This document shows positions 7,612 to 17,220 of a stretch of 56,808 bases of DNA, piece after piece. Position 1 is the first letter of the stretch. Every line of letters begins with the position of its first letter. Position numbers and translations under genes: made by a program. Source of the DNA: a virus (taxonomy: Duplodnaviria; Caudoviricetes); IMG/VR virus record IMGVR_UViG_3300020202_000006, positions 1-56,808 of that record; one strand, 5' to 3'. The notes beneath the pieces were generated by a model. The model searched no databases. It was not told where the DNA came from and saw only the letters and a list, made by a program, of their open reading frames with translations.

Positions 7612-10600
7612 CTACCTGACCGCCTCCAGCTGACGCGCGCCGTACTTGGGCACCTCGTCGCCCAGCCCCGCCTGCTCCATCTGCTCCCAGAGCTTCAGGA
7701 GCCGCGCCCGCTCGGGCAGCGAGTCCTGCCCCTCACGCTCCAGCAGGTTGATGCGCTTCCTGATCGCCCGCTCCTGCTCGCTGAACTGACGCAGCAGGCC
7801 GAAGCGCACCCGCTCGTCGTCCATCGGCTGGAACCGCCCGCCCAGCAGCAGGCGCCCGGCGCCCTCCCCCAGCCCCTGCTCGAAGGCGCGGACGGTGGGC
7901 CCGCGGCGCGCCTGACCGACGCCCAGCTCCCGCAGGGGGCGGACCTGGCCGAGCAGGTACTCCGAGGGCGTCAAATCTCCCTCGCCCTCCCGCGCCGAGA
8001 TGGTCCGCTTGGTGAAGAACTCCCGGCCCCCGCCAAGCTCGCCGATCACGCGCGGGACGGGCGCGAGGGACGACACGAAGTATTCCATGAGTTCCTGCGC
8101 CCCTTCGGCGCCCAGCAGCGCCGCGGCGGCGCGCATCCCCGTCTCCTGCGGGAGGGCCGAGCCCAGCGTGAGCCCGTAGCGCGTCTCCGGGTCGGTGCCG
8201 ATCTGCACCGCCATCTGGTCCCGCATCCACCGCGGGCGCAGGTGCTCGGGGATCGCCTCCTCACCCGCCGTCATCTCCTCCAGCGCGTGGGCCGTGTGCG
8301 GGGCGAGCGTCACGTACTTCGGGTCGCTGAGCAGCTGCCGCACGCCGTAGACGCCCGAGTTCTTCATCCACGAGTAGAAGGGGAAGAGCCGCCGGAAGAC
8401 CTGCGACTCGGCGCGGGTCAGGTCGGCCATGTCGAAGTGGGAGCGGACGACCTTCTCCGCCGCGCTCGCCACGTCGTCGCCCTGGTCGAGCAGCGCCAGG
8501 AGCGTCGTGGTGCGGATCCAGCTGTTGACCTTGGCGTTCAGGCGCCCCCAGGGCCCGAAGACGCGGCGCAGGTACGCCTCGTCGAGCACGAGCCCCTTCA
8601 TCTCGTGGATCTGCCTGAACCCCTTGACCTTCGCCATCCTCGACCCGACGGCCGCGATCTCGGTGTTCTTCTTCGCCGCCTCGCGGAGTTCCTTGAACCA
8701 CGGGCCGGTGAAGGGCGTGGCCTGCGAGGGCAGCCGCGCCGACCCGTCGGCCAGCATCTGCACCAGCGCCTCCTCGCCCATCGACCCCTCGGCCACGGCG
8801 CCCCGCACCGCCGGGTCCGTCAGAAGTTCGGCCACGTTTATCTGACGGCCCGCGACGCTGACCGTGGCGTCGCCCTTGCCGAAGGTCGCCCTGAGCGCCG
8901 GCAGCAGCCACTTGCCCACCCGCACGGGATCCCCCACCGCCGACAGGCTCTGGATGAGCCCGCCCACCGTGTCGAAGACCGTCCACGAGGGGGAGAGGAG
9001 GGTGGTGGCCTTCCACAGCTTCGTCGCCTCGTCGGACAGCTTCAGCAGCCCCCGCGCCGCGTCCTCGCTGGCGAAGGGGGCGAGGGTGTCCTCGACCACC
9101 CGCGCCATGTCGTCGGGCAGGTACGCCGTCTCGACGCGCGAGTCGTGCCCCAGCAGGTCCACCACGCCCTTGGCGACCTTGGGCTTGCGGTAGCGCACCC
9201 CGCCGATCTCGATGGCCTCCCCCCCGTCCAGGACGCGGGCGACGGCGCCGTTCTGGAGGCGGTACGTGAGCGGGCCCTCCCGCCGCGCGATGGTCATCAG
9301 CTCCTGGTCGTTGACCGGCAGGGCGTGCCGCTGGAGCAGCGACTCCATCATCTCGCGGCGGTACTTCCGCTCGCTCTGCATGGTGCGGCCGGCGAGCATG
9401 GTGGCGAGGTTGGTCTCAAAAAACCCCCGCCCCAGCTCCGCCCCGCCCGTCAGCGGCGCCAGCGCCCCGCGCCGGGCCAGGCGGTTGATCTCGAAGACCG
9501 AGAGCGGCTTCCACTCCATCGCGTCCGCGTCGAGCCCCAGCCCCGCGGCCGAGTCCTGCACCAGCTTCCAGCGGCGCTGCACGTCGGCGACGTGGGCGGC
9601 GGCGGCGGGCGTGAGCTGCGCCACGTCCTCGGGGCCGAAGGAGGTGTAGACCTTCTCGAACCCATAAAACCGCTCGGGCTGGCCCGTCTCCGGGTTGGGC
9701 ACGTCGAGGTAGAGGGTGGAGCGCGGGCGCTCGAACGCCTCGGCGACGCGGCCGGCGACGCCCCCGGCGGGGTTGGCGCCCCCGCGACGCAGCGTCTCGC
9801 CGAAGGCCCCGAACTGCCCCGTCAGCGCCCGGCGGGCCTCCGGCGTGAGCACGTTGGGGACGTACGCCTCGCGCCCCACGCCCACGGCGTCGAAGTCCGC
9901 CAGGTCGTCGAGGAGGTCGACGTTCTTCTTCGCCAGCTTCTCCAGCGCCGTCCGCAGGCCCGGATGCACCCGCTCGTCGAGCGTGGCCGAGGCCGCGGCG
10001 TCCTGGAGCACGTCCCACACCGCGTCGTCGGGCCCGAAGATCCCCATCGCCGGGTCGCGCTCCTTGTACGCGAGCACCGTGGCGAGTTCGAGGAGTTCGT
10101 CGGCCTTGGTGGCGGGCAGGCCGTGGGCCTTGGCCAGGTCCACCGCCTCGCGGTAGAGCCCGTTGAGCGCGTCCTGGCGGGCGTGGGAGGTGCGGGGGTT
10201 GCTCGCCCGCTTGAGGGCGCGGGCGCTCTCGCGCACGCGGCCGGGGGCCTCGCCGAAGACTCGCCGGACGCCCCCGCGCACGTCGTCGAGCACGTCGCCC
10301 AGGCCCAGGGCCACCCCGGAGTCCTTGCCGAAGACGGCGCGGGCGGCCATCTTGACGGGGCCGAACATGTCGTTGTTGTCCAGCCCCAGGAGCATCTTGG
10401 ACGCCCCGGCGAGGTCGGCGTCCCCCTTGGCCATCGTCTGGGCTAGCGGGCCCTTCATCACCTGGGCGAGGCGCGACGCGGCCTCGACGCGCTGATTGAG
10501 GAGGTCGGCGACCTTGGTGCGGGCCTCGACCTGCTCGGGGCTCATGTCCAGCAGCCGGGCGGCGCGCCCGTCGGCCTTCGCCATCGCGTCCTGGTGAACC

Positions 10601-12219
10601 AGGCGGGCGGCGTCGGCCCGCACCCGGGCATCGTCCACGTCCAGGCCCGCCGCCTTGAGCCGCGCCGTCTCCGCCGCGACCATCTCGTCGGTTCGCCTGC
10701 TGATCGGCCCCAGGAGGCGGTTCCGTTCGGCTAACGCCGACCGCCATTCATCGGTGTATTCCTGGGCTTTTGACGCCATGGCGTCGTAGCGGGCTTGTGC
10801 GGCCTCCCAGAGCCGGGCCTGGTGCAAGTGCAAGGCCGCCTCGGGGCTCTCAAGCGTCCCAGCGGCCATCGTAGGGCTTGCCTGCGCCTGCTTGAGACGT
10901 TCCAGCCCGGCCTCGAACCCCCGCTTCACCTCGTTGAGCCGTCCCAGGGTCTCGCCCCGGCGGAACTGCCGGGTCGCCTCGTCCATCTCGCCCGGGGCGT
11001 CGAGGGTGGGGAGCGCGGGGCGGTCCAGCCCCTCCAGGGCGTCGGTCAGGTCGTCCCACTCGTTGGCGTAGGCGTCGAGCTGGGCGGTGATGTCCTGGGC
11101 CGCGGCGGGCAGGGGGCCGATGGCGCGGGAGGGATCCCCGGCGTACTGCCCGGCGCGGGCGAGGGTGCCGGCGGCCATGCCCGTCAGCGCCGCCCCCGTG
11201 AACGCGGGGACGCGCAGCCCCACCTCGGTGAAGGGGATGTGGGCGAGGGTGGTGCCGGCGCGGATGCGGCCGGGGCCGCCCGAAGAGAACTCCACGCCCA
11301 TCCTGCCCGTGTTCACGTCGCGGCCGATGCGGACGCCGGGGGCTGCGTCGGGGCCGAACTCGCGGAGGAAGGCGCGGGCGGCGGGGTTCCCCTGCGGCTC
11401 CAGGGCGTCGGCGATGAGCCCGCCCTTGCGCGTGGGCTCCAGGCCGATGAACTCCGCGGCCTTCTTGGGCTTGCCGGCGCCCCCGAGCAGGCGCGTGGAC
11501 AGAGAGGAGCGCAGGCGCTTGGCCGCGTCCTCGGGCGAGACCCCGGCCTTGGCGTACGCCCCGCGCAGGCGGTCCACGGCGCCGGGCTTGGCCGCGGCGT
11601 CGATGACCCCCTGCACCACGGGGCTGCGGACGGCCTGGCCCCGCGCGTACGCCTTCACGCCCGTTTCGAGGGCCCTTCGGCCGCGGGCGCCGACCTGCGC
11701 GACCTTGCCGCCGCTGGAGACGGCGCGGGCGCCGAACCCGGCCCCGCCCGCGTAGGTGAGCGGGTCCATCGCCACGTCGCCCACGAAGCCCACGACGCCG
11801 CGGATGACGCGGTTCTCCACGCCCAGGTCGTCGAGGATGTCCGAGAACCGCACCGTCCCCATGCCGAAGGTGCCGGTGTCGCCCGACTCTCGCTTGCGGC
11901 GCGCGATGCCCGGGGCGATGACGTTGGCCAGCGTGTTGCGGGGGAGGTCGAGGAGATCGAGGAACTTGGTGACGGGGCCGCGCTGGTCGAGCTTGGTGGT
12001 GCGGAAACGCGACCGCAGCGCGTCGATGTCGCTGTCGTTCAGCTCCTCCACGCTCATGCGCGGGACGGCGCGGAGGTCCTGCACGCCCGGGGGCGCCTTC
12101 GCCCGCGTCTCGGCCACCAGCGAATCGACCATGAGCCGGCGGGCGGGCTTGGGTAGGTCAAGATTAGGGATTGCGTCGAGCGAGTCCGGCTGTAGGATTG
12201 ACGTTGAGAGCGTGGACAT
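7612..12219 (-). CDS. Large internal virion/DNA ejection protein, 1535 aa (LPD38-like C-terminal region)
   Basis: Ala-rich helical protein; C-terminal HFDMADLT..ESQVFRRLFPFYSWMK and GREFFTKRTI motifs recalled from large ejection proteins. Confidence 0.7.
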   Translation of the reverse strand: MSTLSTSILQPDSLDAIPNLDLPKPARRLMVDSLVAETRAKAPPGVQDLRAVPRMSVEELNDSDIDALRSRFRTTKLDQRGPVTKFLDLLDLPRNTLANVIAPGIARRKRESGDTGTFGMGTVRFSDILDDLGVENRVIRGVVGFVGDVAMDPLTYAGGAGFGARAVSSGGKVAQVGARGRRALETGVKAYARGQAVRSPVVQGVIDAAAKPGAVDRLRGAYAKAGVSPEDAAKRLRSSLSTRLLGGAGKPKKAAEFIGLEPTRKGGLIADALEPQGNPAARAFLREFGPDAAPGVRIGRDVNTGRMGVEFSSGGPGRIRAGTTLAHIPFTEVGLRVPAFTGAALTGMAAGTLARAGQYAGDPSRAIGPLPAAAQDITAQLDAYANEWDDLTDALEGLDRPALPTLDAPGEMDEATRQFRRGETLGRLNEVKRGFEAGLERLKQAQASPTMAAGTLESPEAALHLHQARLWEAAQARYDAMASKAQEYTDEWRSALAERNRLLGPISRRTDEMVAAETARLKAAGLDVDDARVRADAARLVHQDAMAKADGRAARLLDMSPEQVEARTKVADLLNQRVEAASRLAQVMKGPLAQTMAKGDADLAGASKMLLGLDNNDMFGPVKMAARAVFGKDSGVALGLGDVLDDVRGGVRRVFGEAPGRVRESARALKRASNPRTSHARQDALNGLYREAVDLAKAHGLPATKADELLELATVLAYKERDPAMGIFGPDDAVWDVLQDAAASATLDERVHPGLRTALEKLAKKNVDLLDDLADFDAVGVGREAYVPNVLTPEARRALTGQFGAFGETLRRGGANPAGGVAGRVAEAFERPRSTLYLDVPNPETGQPERFYGFEKVYTSFGPEDVAQLTPAAAAHVADVQRRWKLVQDSAAGLGLDADAMEWKPLSVFEINRLARRGALAPLTGGAELGRGFFETNLATMLAGRTMQSERKYRREMMESLLQRHALPVNDQELMTIARREGPLTYRLQNGAVARVLDGGEAIEIGGVRYRKPKVAKGVVDLLGHDSRVETAYLPDDMARVVEDTLAPFASEDAARGLLKLSDEATKLWKATTLLSPSWTVFDTVGGLIQSLSAVGDPVRVGKWLLPALRATFGKGDATVSVAGRQINVAELLTDPAVRGAVAEGSMGEEALVQMLADGSARLPSQATPFTGPWFKELREAAKKNTEIAAVGSRMAKVKGFRQIHEMKGLVLDEAYLRRVFGPWGRLNAKVNSWIRTTTLLALLDQGDDVASAAEKVVRSHFDMADLTRAESQVFRRLFPFYSWMKNSGVYGVRQLLSDPKYVTLAPHTAHALEEMTAGEEAIPEHLRPRWMRDQMAVQIGTDPETRYGLTLGSALPQETGMRAAAALLGAEGAQELMEYFVSSLAPVPRVIGELGGGREFFTKRTISAREGEGDLTPSEYLLGQVRPLRELGVGQARRGPTVRAFEQGLGEGAGRLLLGGRFQPMDDERVRFGLLRQFSEQERAIRKRINLLEREGQDSLPERARLLKLWEQMEQAGLGDEVPKYGARQLEAVR

Positions 12220-12247
12220 GGGGCAGAATCCCTACAGGAGCGGGGCC

Positions 12248-12577
12248 ATGAGCGCGAGACCGTTTACGTGGTGGTGGCCGTCGAGCACTCCCGGGAAGGC
12301 GGCGATGTGGGCCGTCATCGGGTTGTCGTCGCTCACGGTGCTCGTCGCCGGCCCGTTCGCGGTCATCAACGTCGCGTTCTGGTATCTGGTGGCCGTCGGA
12401 GCGAGATTCATCGGCATCAAGGCGACCCACGGCGGCGGCACGCCAAGCGAGCCCACCGCGAGACGCGGCCCTGACAGGTCATCGGAGGTCATTGCGGCCG
12501 TCGGTATGACCATCGGCGGGCTCGCGGTCATGGGCATGGTCGTCGCCGCTATGGCGTACCTGATGGCGTGGGCTTGA
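12248..12577 (+). CDS. Multi-pass membrane protein inserted antisense between the ejection genes
   Basis: Three hydrophobic segments; alternative start at 12218. Confidence 0.6.
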   Translation: MSARPFTWWWPSSTPGKAAMWAVIGLSSLTVLVAGPFAVINVAFWYLVAVGARFIGIKATHGGGTPSEPTARRGPDRSSEVIAAVGMTIGGLAVMGMVVAAMAYLMAWA

Positions 12578-14138
12578 CGAAGCCCTGGAGCGCCGACTTG
12601 ATGGCGCCATGCACCGAGCGGGCGACGTTGCTCTGCGTCGTGGCGATCCCGGCGCCGGGCTGAAGGAACGTCGACCCTAGGCCAGCGATGTTGAGACCCG
12701 CGAAGGCGCCGGGCTCCTCCATCTGGCCGAGGATGTCGCTCGCCTGCTGCGCCGCAAGAGCGGGATGCAGCTTGGCGAGTTGCTGAAGGCGCGGCAGCAC
12801 ACGCGTGTTGAACATCTCCATCGCCCGCTGAGGATCGGATCCGCCGGCAGCGCTAGCGATGTTGGCGGCGTCCTCCTTCCACGCGAGCATTTCGTCGGGG
12901 CTCGTGAACCCGGCCTGGATGATGGCGGCGTCTCGCGCTTGCTGGTCGTAGGCCGCGCCCTCGGGCGTGGCAGCGCCGGGGTTGGCGGCCTGGGCCTGCT
13001 GACGGCGCCGGTACTCGGCCTCGGCGATGCGGTTGCCTAGCGCGATCTGGTCCGTCTGCGCGCCCACGAGCCCGGCCTGCGCCGTCTTGAGCGGGTCGCC
13101 CTGCGCCCGCGCCGCCGCGGCCTCGGCGAGCTTGCGCCCCTCCAGGTCCAGCTCGGCCTGCTGCCAGGGCTGCAACGGCTGGATGCCCAGCGTGCGGTTC
13201 TTCTCCGCCTCCTGCTGCGCCAGCGCCTGCCCGCGGTTCCCCTCCGCCAGCGCCCCCGCGTGCTGCCCGCGCCCCTCGCGCTCGCGGGCCCAGATGTTGT
13301 ACTCCAGCATCGCCTCCTGCATCCGCGCCTGGTCCGCGAGCCTCGCCTTCTCCGCGTTCTCGCGCTGCGCCGAGGTCGTCTCGGGGCCCACCGGCCTGTT
13401 GAAGTACGCCTCCCCCTCCTTCATGCGCCTCAGGAGATCGTCGGCCTGCCGCGCGTACTCGCCCGCCTGGGGCGTCCCCGGCGTCGCGCCCGCGAGGTTC
13501 CTGGCGACCCCCGCGGCGTCGTCGCGCAGGATGCCCTGGAGCTGCCCGCCCAGCCGCCGGCGGTTGGCGGTGTTCTCCTCGGGGCTGAGCACCTTCTTGG
13601 GGGCGCCGGGCGTGGTGGCCCGGCGGTAGGCGTCCATCTCGGACCCCATCGCGCGCACCTCGTCGGCCCGCGCCGAGAACTCGGTCTCGCGCGGCCCGCC
13701 CACGGGCGTCATGATCTTGTCGTTGATGAGCTGGCGTTGGGCCGCCTTGTGCCGCGCCCGCAGCTCGGCCAGCTCCCGTCCGGTGTCCGGGGCGCCGCGC
13801 TCGGCCATCCTCACGTCGCCCGCGCCCGCGGCGGGGGCCATCGGGCTCGCCTGGGTGGGCGGGGCCGCGTTGGGCCTCATGGCGCCGTAGGGACCGACGC
13901 CCAGGCGCCGGTCCTCGGCCATGATGGCGCCCTGCTTCATCAGGTCGGCGCGCCACCCCTCGTTGCTGTTCGGATCCAGGGGCCCGCGGGTGAGCGACGG
14001 GCCGGCGGGCGCCGTGGGCCGCCCCTCACGGATGTCGGCGGTCTGGAGGGCCGGGCCGCCGGGGGGCACGGGCTTCTTCTTCTTGGGCTGGGTGCCGAAC
14101 CTGCCGATGCCGTAGTCCGTGGCGCCTTCATAGGTCAT
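12549..14138 (-). CDS. Putative ejection/pilot protein, 529 aa
   Basis: Ala/Gln/Gly-rich, coiled-coil, no Cys; directly upstream of the 1535-aa gene. Confidence 0.6.
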   Translation of the reverse strand: MTYEGATDYGIGRFGTQPKKKKPVPPGGPALQTADIREGRPTAPAGPSLTRGPLDPNSNEGWRADLMKQGAIMAEDRRLGVGPYGAMRPNAAPPTQASPMAPAAGAGDVRMAERGAPDTGRELAELRARHKAAQRQLINDKIMTPVGGPRETEFSARADEVRAMGSEMDAYRRATTPGAPKKVLSPEENTANRRRLGGQLQGILRDDAAGVARNLAGATPGTPQAGEYARQADDLLRRMKEGEAYFNRPVGPETTSAQRENAEKARLADQARMQEAMLEYNIWAREREGRGQHAGALAEGNRGQALAQQEAEKNRTLGIQPLQPWQQAELDLEGRKLAEAAAARAQGDPLKTAQAGLVGAQTDQIALGNRIAEAEYRRRQQAQAANPGAATPEGAAYDQQARDAAIIQAGFTSPDEMLAWKEDAANIASAAGGSDPQRAMEMFNTRVLPRLQQLAKLHPALAAQQASDILGQMEEPGAFAGLNIAGLGSTFLQPGAGIATTQSNVARSVHGAIKSALQGFVKPTPSGTP

Positions 14139-14245
14139 CAGAGAACCCCTTGCTGGGTCCTCGCTCGGTGAATCCTAGGCGTAGAAACGACAACGCCCCG
14201 CCTTTCGACGGGGCGCGAACACTCCACCTACGCATGGCAGGCGAG

Positions 14246-14560
14246 CTAAGGGACTTTACCCACGTCGATGCCCAGCTTCCGCCACGCCCGCGCGAGGGTG
14301 GCGCGGGGCACGCCCGTTTCCTTGCTCGCCCGCACGCGGCTCATGCCCCCCTTGACGAGTTCGGCGGCCCTGCGGACGGCGGCCTCGTCGAAGGCGGGCT
14401 TGCGGCCGGGACTCTTGCGCCGCGGCCCCCGCACGGCCTCGCGGGCGACCTTGCGCACCACCGCCATGAAGTCGCGGTAGAACTCCGCCGTCCAGCCCGG
14501 GGGCAGCGGGAACGTGTCGGGGTCGGGCTCCGGCCCCCTTTCGAGGTCTGGCGCCGTCAT
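14246..14560 (-). CDS. HTH DNA-binding protein (resolvase/Hin-type HTH)
   Basis: GRKPAF...LVKGGMSRVRASKETGVPRATL. Confidence 0.7.
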   Translation of the reverse strand: MTAPDLERGPEPDPDTFPLPPGWTAEFYRDFMAVVRKVAREAVRGPRRKSPGRKPAFDEAAVRRAAELVKGGMSRVRASKETGVPRATLARAWRKLGIDVGKVP

Positions 14561-14742
14561 GGGCTCACCCGCGCGAGGAGGGCGCGCAGCGGGGCCACGT
14601 CGCCGGCCTCTCTGAAGGCGTCCCATTTGCACTCGTCGTACTTCTCCTCGCCGGCGCGGTCGAACGCATCGACCACAAGGCGGAGGGCGGCGATGGCCTC
14701 TTCCAGCGTCGGGGGGCCCACTTTGGGGGTCTGGTCGCTCAT
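14557..14742 (-). CDS. Hypothetical protein
   Basis: MSDQTPKV..., overlapping stop/start with neighbours. Confidence 0.6.
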   Translation of the reverse strand: MSDQTPKVGPPTLEEAIAALRLVVDAFDRAGEEKYDECKWDAFREAGDVAPLRALLARVSP

Positions 14743-14942
14743 TGATGCTCCGCGTTGAGCCTGGCGACGTCCTTGAGCGCGCGCTGATAGTGGCGGCCCC
14801 TGTTCGCCCCCCATGTTCCATCTGGCAAGACGGCCCGGTAGCCGGCACGGTGGCCGCAGAGAACCCCGACCCAGGCGAGGCCCCGTTGCCTCCGCGCCCT
14901 GTCGCGCCCCGTTGCCGGGACCATGCCATCGTCAAGCCGCAT
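14739..14942 (-). CDS. Hypothetical early protein
   Basis: SD GGAG upstream; MRLDDG... Confidence 0.55.
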   Translation of the reverse strand: MRLDDGMVPATGRDRARRQRGLAWVGVLCGHRAGYRAVLPDGTWGANRGRHYQRALKDVARLNAEHQ

Positions 14943-15009
14943 TGCTCGCTCTCCTGGGTATACTCGCTCGCCCGCGGGGGGGCGTTCTCCACCCTCGGGC
15001 ACTGCCGGG

Positions 15010-15047
15010 GCCCCGGGCGTTGTCAAGTGCCGCCCGGGGCTCTTTTC
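15010..15047 (+). terminator. Intrinsic terminator facing against the early array
   Basis: GCCCCGGGCG...CGCCCGGGGC followed by TCTTTT. Confidence 0.55.
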
Positions 15048-15083
15048 AATCCGCCCCGCCGAGTTCCCCCGGCGGAGTGGGGT

Positions 15084-15302
15084 TTACCAGCCTTTCGCGT
15101 TCCACTCGGCGAACGTGGAGTTGGCAGGCTCGCGGGATTCCTCCACCGTCGGGGCGCGGCCGTTGCGGTCCTTCGGCCCGTAGGCATCCGTGAGCACCGC
15201 CAGCGCCTGCGCCGCCTCTTCGCGGGTCGGGAACCGCGTGCGTCGGTCCAGCCCCGTGTTCTCCATCGCGCCGCTTTCCACGTACCAGCTCGTCGCTTCC
15301 AT
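15084..15302 (-). CDS. Hypothetical early protein
   Basis: AAGGAGCGAGCG-ATG; MEATSWYVES...FPTREEA. Confidence 0.7.
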   Translation of the reverse strand: MEATSWYVESGAMENTGLDRRTRFPTREEAAQALAVLTDAYGPKDRNGRAPTVEESREPANSTFAEWNAKGW

Positions 15303-15331
15303 CGCTCGCTCCTTTCTGGGCGGGAGGGGGA

Positions 15332-15559
15332 TTAGTCGAACATGATCCATCCGACCTCGACGGGGCCGCGCTCTTTGTACCTCTTCCACAGTCCGGGGCC
15401 GTCCAACCCCCGCTTCTTCGCGCCGTTGTAGAGCATTTCGGCGCTGTACGCCGGATTTGCGGACGCGAGGGCTTGGCAGACCACCGACAGCTCCGCGTTC
15501 CCTTTGGCGCGGGATACTCCGGCCTTCTTCACGGCGCCCTTGGCCTTGGCAAACGTCAT
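15332..15559 (-). CDS. Small basic early protein
   Basis: AAGGAGCGAGC-ATG. Confidence 0.7.
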   Translation of the reverse strand: MTFAKAKGAVKKAGVSRAKGNAELSVVCQALASANPAYSAEMLYNGAKKRGLDGPGLWKRYKERGPVEVGWIMFD

Positions 15560-15623
15560 GCTCGCTCCTTTGGATGAGAGTCTAAACCACGCCGGGCCCG
15601 GTGGGGCGCGGCGGGGTGGGGGC

Positions 15624-16028
15624 TCACTCGCGCTCTGTGTTGAAGAGCAGGTTCCGGTACTCGTCGTCGCCCAGGAACACCTTGAGCTTCACGGACTGCT
15701 GAACGCACGTCTTGTACGTCTTCTCGGCCTTGCGGCTGTCGGTGTCTAGTCCGAACTCGCCCGCCCAGTCCTCGAAGCCCTTGGCGTTCTCGACGCTCGC
15801 GGCGTCCGACCCCACGCAGTCAAGCACGGTCGCCAGGCCGGGCGGCTCCCCGTGGTGCCCGCGGCCCATGCTGAAGGGGATGGTGAGCATCCGACGCCCC
15901 TTGCGGATCCGGCAGCGCCAATGGTCCATGTCGGCCCCGTCGTCCATGTTCGGGTTGCTGTCCGCCCACTCCGCCTTCATCGTCAGCCCCAGTCGCGCAA
16001 TGAAAGCCGCTACAGTCTCGGTTGCCAT
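15624..16028 (-). CDS. Conserved-looking phage early protein
   Basis: GGAGG SD; PFSMGRGH..PP...VLDC..SDA...FEDWAGEFG.DTDSRKA motif recalled from phage hypothetical proteins. Confidence 0.8.
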   Translation of the reverse strand: MATETVAAFIARLGLTMKAEWADSNPNMDDGADMDHWRCRIRKGRRMLTIPFSMGRGHHGEPPGLATVLDCVGSDAASVENAKGFEDWAGEFGLDTDSRKAEKTYKTCVQQSVKLKVFLGDDEYRNLLFNTERE

Positions 16029-16149
16029 ACCGGGTTACCTCCGGTTGTGGTCCGGGGCGCTTCCGTTCCAGCGGTCGCGCCCCTTTGATGTCCGCCCACG
16101 GCGGGCGGGAAGCGCCCCGTTCCCCGTCGGGGGAGCGGGGCGGGGTGGG

Positions 16150-16251
16150 TTAGAGGACCGATGTTCGCCATCCGAAGCCGACGGCGCGCGACGCTAGGTG
16201 TGACGCTATCTCAACGGGCCCCATGCGGGTCATGGGATGCATGTTCCCCAT
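16150..16251 (-). CDS. Possible 33-aa cassette ORF
   Basis: Flanked on both sides by array-type intergenic elements; no SD. Confidence 0.3.
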   Translation of the reverse strand: MGNMHPMTRMGPVEIASHLASRAVGFGWRTSVL

Positions 16252-16307
16252 ACCGCCCCGCCGGGGCGGGAAACCTCCCCCGCGCCGGTGGGCGCGGGGC
16301 GGGTGGG

Positions 16308-16562
16308 TCAGGCGCCAAGCCTCTTTGCCAGCCCTGCCACCGACCCGGCGCAGAGCGTGAGCCCGTCGTCGAAGGCGTAGCACAGGGCATCGGGCATGGT
16401 CTTCGCCAGCCACCGCACGCACTCTTTGCGGTTACGGAAGTCGTGGCGCCATCCGCCGTCGGCGGTCAGGCCCATGCGGCCGCCCTCGGGCATCGACACA
16501 TAGGCGCGGCCGCCGGGGATGGACGGGTGTTCAACGTACTCGGCGTAGACCGATGCGAACAT
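16308..16562 (-). CDS. Hypothetical early protein
   Basis: AAGGAGAAC SD after the conserved hairpin. Confidence 0.75.
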   Translation of the reverse strand: MFASVYAEYVEHPSIPGGRAYVSMPEGGRMGLTADGGWRHDFRNRKECVRWLAKTMPDALCYAFDDGLTLCAGSVAGLAKRLGA

Positions 16563-16632
16563 GTTCGTTCTCCTTGTGTCCCTGCCAGGGACAAACCGAC
16601 CCGGCCCCGTTGGGGGTCGGGTGGGTGGGGGG
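16563..16632 (-). repeat. Array intergenic element (C-tract, hairpin 1, GTCCCTGGCAGGGAC, SD)
   Basis: Near-identical to 17428-17499. Confidence 0.9.
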
Positions 16633-17091
16633 TTAGACGCACGACCAGAGCAAGGACCACTTGCCATCGTCGCGCCGGTACAACTCCAGGTTGCCGTGGT
16701 CAGAGACGTGCAGGAACAGGGAGCCGTTCTGCGCGTCCTCCGGGAGCTCATCCCCGCTGTCGAGGCTCCCGTCGCGCCGGTCCTCGTCCACCCTATCGAG
16801 GTCGGGCCACCACCCGAAATCGGCGCCGTCGCCGGGGTGAGTGCCGAAGTACACGTAGTCCGGGGCGAATCCATTTAGCGCGTCCTGAAGATCGGCCAAG
16901 AGTTCGTCGGCATCCTCCTCCGAGCGAACGTCGCCGGTCTCCTCGTCGAGCCCGTCCCAGCCGTCCGCTTCCTTGACGAGCCTGTGGTCGGGATCGAGCC
17001 TGCGGAGTTCGTCGGCGAACACAGGCAGGAGGTCAGAAAAGCGGAGGGTGCCCAAGGAGACGCTGCCGAGGGTGATGTGTACGCCGGTCAT
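16633..17091 (-). CDS. Highly acidic early protein
   Basis: GSVSLGTLR..DLLPVF and YFGTHPGDGADFGWW motifs; Asp/Glu-rich. Confidence 0.8.
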   Translation of the reverse strand: MTGVHITLGSVSLGTLRFSDLLPVFADELRRLDPDHRLVKEADGWDGLDEETGDVRSEEDADELLADLQDALNGFAPDYVYFGTHPGDGADFGWWPDLDRVDEDRRDGSLDSGDELPEDAQNGSLFLHVSDHGNLELYRRDDGKWSLLWSCV

Positions 17092-17121
17092 GTTCGGACC
17101 TTTCAGAGAGGTTCGGACCTC

Positions 17122-17156
17122 GCCCCGGGACGCGCCAACGTCGCCGGGGCTTTTTC
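17122..17156 (+). terminator. Intrinsic terminator facing against the early array
   Basis: GCCCCGG...CCGGGGC followed by TTTTT. Confidence 0.6.
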
Positions 17157-17220
17157 ATGCTCCCGCCAAGGAGTATGGTCACAAGCCGACCCGGCCCCTT
17201 TCGGGGCAGGGTGGGTGGGG

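Noticed and set aside
15021-15026. TTGACA as a second early promoter
   Set aside because: No -10 element at 16-19 bp; the hexamer lies in a terminator loop
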